From Alphaproteobacteria bacterium (GTDB taxonomy: Bacteria > Pseudomonadota > Alphaproteobacteria > Bin95), in NCBI GenBank assembly GCA_963665325.3, contig OZ224045.1, positions 928,001 through 992,000 of the forward strand: a DNA stretch of 64,000 nucleotides, written 5' to 3'. A program made the translations under genes and the position numbers. The notes under the pieces are model-generated. The model did no database searches, was not told where the DNA came from, and saw nothing but the letters and a program-made list of their open reading frames with translations. This document shows, in pieces, positions 57,504 to 64,000 of this stretch. Positions within the stretch are counted from its first letter, which is position 1; the number at the start of each line of letters is the position of its first letter.

Positions 57504-58013
57504 TTGCTGAAGAAGCAGAAAGAGGAATTGGTTCGGAACATGACCGAGAGCTTCGGCAACGCCGAACTCATGGTCGTCACCCGACATTCCGGACTCACGG
57601 TGGCCGAGATGACCGACCTGCGCAGGCGCATGCGTGCGGCGGGGGTGAATTTTCGGGTCACCAAGAACCGGCTGGTAAAGCGCGCGCTGGAAAAGACCTC
57701 CTTCGCCGATATCCAGCCCCTGTTCTCAGGTCCGACGGCAGTGGCCTTCTCGGCCGATCCGGTGGCGGCGGCCAAGGTGGCCGTCGACTATGCCGGCGAG
57801 AACGGCAAGCTCTCCGTGTTGGGCGGCATGCTCGGCGCCGAGACGCTGGACCAAGCGGGGGTGGATGCGCTCGCGAAACTTCCGTCGCTCGATGAGTTGC
57901 GCGGAAAGATCGTGGGACTGTTGCAGGCGCCGGGAAGCAAGATTGCGCGCCTGCTCGGGGAGCCCGGCGCGCAGCTTGCGCGCGTCTTCTCCGCCCACGG
58001 CGATTCGGGCTGA
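57504..58013 (+). CDS. rplJ: 50S ribosomal protein L10
   Basis: GLTVAEMTDLR, VTKNRL, LPSLDELRGK; TTG start. Confidence 0.97.
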   Translation: MLKKQKEELVRNMTESFGNAELMVVTRHSGLTVAEMTDLRRRMRAAGVNFRVTKNRLVKRALEKTSFADIQPLFSGPTAVAFSADPVAAAKVAVDYAGENGKLSVLGGMLGAETLDQAGVDALAKLPSLDELRGKIVGLLQAPGSKIARLLGEPGAQLARVFSAHGDSG

Positions 58014-58071
58014 CCGCCCGCAGCCGGCCGACCAAAGCACGAACCGGAAAGCGAACCAGGAGTAACAACAG

Positions 58072-58446
58072 ATGGCCGATCTACAGAAGCTCGTAGACGA
58101 ACTCTCCGAACTGACCGTCATCCAGGCGGCGGAACTGTCGAAAATGCTCGAAGAGAAGTGGGGCGTATCCGCCGCCGCACCGGTCGCAGTGGCCGCGGCG
58201 CCGAACGGCGAAGCCGCTGCCGCCGTCGAGGAGCAGACCGAATTCGATGTCATCCTGGCATCCTTCGGCGAAAAGAAGATCAATGTGATCAAGGAAATCC
58301 GGGCCATTACCGGCCTCGGCCTGAAGGAGGCCAAGGACCTGGTCGAGTCCGCGCCGAAATCCGTCAAGGAAGGCGTGAGCAAGGATGAGGGCGAGGAGTT
58401 GAAGGCGAAACTCGAAGGCGCCGGCGCGACGGTAGAATTGAAGTAG
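58072..58446 (+). CDS. rplL: 50S ribosomal protein L7/L12
   Basis: [20 protein letters not shown]. Confidence 0.98.
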   Translation: MADLQKLVDELSELTVIQAAELSKMLEEKWGVSAAAPVAVAAAPNGEAAAAVEEQTEFDVILASFGEKKINVIKEIRAITGLGLKEAKDLVESAPKSVKEGVSKDEGEELKAKLEGAGATVELK

Positions 58447-58630
58447 CCGGATTGACCGGCCGAATGGACGCCGGCCCGGGTTCCGGGCCGGACATGACGA
58501 GCAGGCGCGGCTGCGGGCCCGGAAGACGGGCGCGCGGCTTCGCTGCCGTTTGCCATTTTCGTGCCGCAACCCAGTTTAACAATGGTCTTGTCGCCGGCTG
58601 ACCGTCGGCGCGGAACAGGGTGGATCGGAC

Positions 58631-64000
<5,370 letters not shown>

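Overview
High-GC alphaproteobacterial chromosome segment, probably Rhodospirillales-like. A host-associated (e.g. sponge) lifestyle is only inferred, from the Calx-beta autotransporter and the density of toxin-antitoxin (TA) loci. From left to right: nsrR facing nirK-nirV, with an NsrR box upstream of nirK; a peptide/nickel-type ABC operon; a long run of catabolic genes (SDR, CMD, FAD oxidases, amidases, LLM monooxygenase, BVMO, CoA transferases, amidohydrolases); five small TA loci; a UGA-recoded UGSC-family selenoprotein operon; a FAD-oxidoreductase-SelD fusion; tRNA-Arg; and the core rlmB / tRNA-Tyr-Gly-tuf-tRNA-Trp-secE-nusG-rplKAJL-rpoB-rpoC cluster. Two signals stand out. (1) A five-ORF minus-strand region containing a selenoprotein that the ORF track splits at an in-frame TGA (D-U-G-S-C) followed by a SECIS-like hairpin. 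(2) A recurring, integrase-free architecture in which tiny TA or adhesin cassettes are bracketed by duplicated ends of the neighbouring gene: three copies of an MFS 5' end, a perfect 33-bp 3'-end repeat, and a ~135-bp 3'-end repeat. All family calls come from motif recognition; no database search was run.
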